Of a stretch of 42,329 nucleotides of DNA, positions 41,081-42,329 are shown piece by piece. Under the pieces are notes generated by a model. The model saw only the letters and a list, made by a program, of their open reading frames with translations, was not told the origin of the DNA and made no database searches. The stretch lies in the NCBI GenBank assembly GCA_043753565.1, contig JAYUWM010000065.1:1-42329 (forward strand), written 5' to 3'. The stretch comes from a bacterium (GTDB taxonomy: Bacteria; Patescibacteriota; Saccharimonadia; Saccharimonadales; SZUA-47). The stretch's first letter is position 1; each line of letters opens with the position of its first letter. The position numbers and the translations under genes were made by a program.

Positions 41081-42187
41081 ATGACAGCTAAACACATTGT
41101 TATTGACGCACGTATTAGGCGCAGTAGTACCGGCCGCTATGTAGACCGCCTGCTAGAACATTTGCAAGATATAGATAAAGATACGCGCTACACGGTTTTG
41201 TTGCAGCCAGACGACCCGTGGCAGCCCAAAGCCGCTAATTTTAGCGTGGTTAAGTGTAAATATGCGCAGTTTAGCTTTAACCCACTTGATCAGATTGGAT
41301 TTGCAAGGCAACTGTACAAGTTGCATGCGGACATTGTGCACTTTACTATGAACCAGCAGCCTGTGTTTTACCTAAAGCCAGTAGTTACAACCACAATGGA
41401 CTTTACGATGCTACGTTTTACGCGCCCAGGCAAAGCGCCGCTGCCTGTTTTTTGGGCAAAAATGGCAGGGTACCGATTTTTGTTTTGGTTAAGCAACAAT
41501 AGGTCTAAGGCCATTATTACTATTACTGATTACGTTAAAAACGAAGTTACGGCCACATATCCTAAAACTAAGGGCAAAGTTACCACTACACTTTTAGCTA
41601 GCGAACCGCCCCTTACACAGGCTGCCGTACAGCCCAAGGGTGTTGTAAAAAATGATAAGTTTTTGTTTGCGGTCGGAACGGCTTTTCCGCACAAGAACCT
41701 ACAAAACCTGGTTTTAGCACACAAAATTTTGCTACAAAAGTACCCGAGCCTTAAGTTATACATGGCTGGCAAAAAAGAATATTACTATAACCAGCTAGAT
41801 ACCTTTATTGAACAAAATACGAACACTAGTATGGTGACGACAATGGGCTTTATTAGTGACGCTGAACTTAAATACATGTACGAACACGCAAGCTTGTATG
41901 TATTCCCTAGCTTTTCTGAAGGCTTCGGGCTCCCTGCCCTAGAAGCCATGGTGCACGGCGTACCTGTTGCCAGTAGCAATGCAACCTGTTTACCAGAGGT
42001 GTGCGGCGACGCGGCACACTACTTTGACCCACAATCCCCTGCCGATATGGCCCAGGCTATTGATGATATTTTAAGCAACGACAAATTACGCGCCGACTTA
42101 GTGGCGAGAGGCCACGAACGCGTTAAGCAATTTAGTTGGAACCGTATGGCCCAACAAACCCTTCAGGTGTATAGGTCAATTTTGTGA
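41081..42187 (+). CDS. Glycosyltransferase family 4
   Basis: EGFGLPALEAMVHGVPVASSNATCLPEVCGDAA. TATTAT (41069-41074) lies 6 nt upstream of the ATG. Confidence 0.9.
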   Translation: MTAKHIVIDARIRRSSTGRYVDRLLEHLQDIDKDTRYTVLLQPDDPWQPKAANFSVVKCKYAQFSFNPLDQIGFARQLYKLHADIVHFTMNQQPVFYLKPVVTTTMDFTMLRFTRPGKAPLPVFWAKMAGYRFLFWLSNNRSKAIITITDYVKNEVTATYPKTKGKVTTTLLASEPPLTQAAVQPKGVVKNDKFLFAVGTAFPHKNLQNLVLAHKILLQKYPSLKLYMAGKKEYYYNQLDTFIEQNTNTSMVTTMGFISDAELKYMYEHASLYVFPSFSEGFGLPALEAMVHGVPVASSNATCLPEVCGDAAHYFDPQSPADMAQAIDDILSNDKLRADLVARGHERVKQFSWNRMAQQTLQVYRSIL

Positions 42188-42227
42188 TTTTAATATATAC
42201 TTATCGTAAAGAACTAACGGGGGGTAT

Positions 42228-42329
42228 ATGAATAAAAAACAAAATGGTTTTGCATTGGTAGAGGCAGCCATAATTATACTTGTACTGTGTTTTGTTGGTT
42301 TTGCTGGCTGGTTTGTTTTAAATCGTAAC
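42228..42329 (+). CDS. Type IV pilin / pseudopilin, N-terminal 34 codons (3' end outside the window)
   Basis: GGGGGG SD at 42219-42224. MNKKQNG|FALVEAAIIILVLCFVGFAGWF shows a prepilin peptidase site: G-F with Glu at +5, followed by a hydrophobic helix. Confidence 0.7.
   Translation, partial: MNKKQNGFALVEAAIIILVLCFVGFAGWFVLNRN

Overview
This 42.3-kb window holds about 45 protein genes. I found no rRNA, tRNA, CRISPR array, transposase or integrase by eye. The genetic code looks standard, because TGA and TAA act as stops in tightly coupled ATGA/TAATG junctions. Several features suggest a small-genome, monoderm-like bacterium, possibly of CPR/Saccharibacteria type (inference only): an LPXTG sorting signal, a type IV prepilin, very short intergenic gaps and many leaderless-looking promoters.

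Layout:
- (i) 1-3.7 kb: a copper/heavy-metal island. It holds the 3' part of a P1B ATPase, a PH-like/PNPOx-like fusion, a Met/His-rich secreted protein, a DUF305 protein and a His-motif membrane protein.
- (ii) 3.8-6.6 kb: an unannotated 51-aa basic ORF, an FeS-BCP-type photolyase homologue with no cluster cysteines, an NAD(P)-binding protein, and a candidate ~150-nt sRNA with its own promoter and terminator.
- (iii) 6.6-11.1 kb: surface proteins. These are an LPXTG protein and a ~1140-aa protein with a metzincin domain, three tandem repeats and two beta/gamma-crystallin-like domains.
- (iv) 11.3-13.4 kb: regulators. These are a Crp/Fnr gene next to a TTGAC-N4-GTCAA box, and a LexA-N-domain-only protein coupled to GtrA.
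- (v) 13.5-42.2 kb: a ~29-kb envelope-glycan locus. In order it contains a WbaP-type initiating transferase, a GT4, a RelE/Phd insertion, glmS, a phosphohexomutase, rfbBCDA and two secreted repeat proteins. These are followed by a GT-C + methyltransferase + GT2 + small DMT flippase module, a CapD-type dehydratase with an SDR, and a 1099-aa Zn-ribbon/methyltransferase/coiled-coil/GT2/GT4 fusion. The locus ends with Wzt/Wzm, a double-GT4 fusion, a Wzy_C ligase-like protein and another GT4. The 5' end of a type IV pilin gene lies just downstream.

The best candidate for a novel system is this ABC-transporter-dependent, probably methyl-capped rhamnose-glycan pathway. It combines a WsaE/WbdD-like multifunctional enzyme with a ligase/oligosaccharyltransferase-like gene next to a pilin gene. 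Its 26.2-39.8 kb core is visibly more AT-rich than both flanks. All family assignments are by-eye motif recognition, not database searches.
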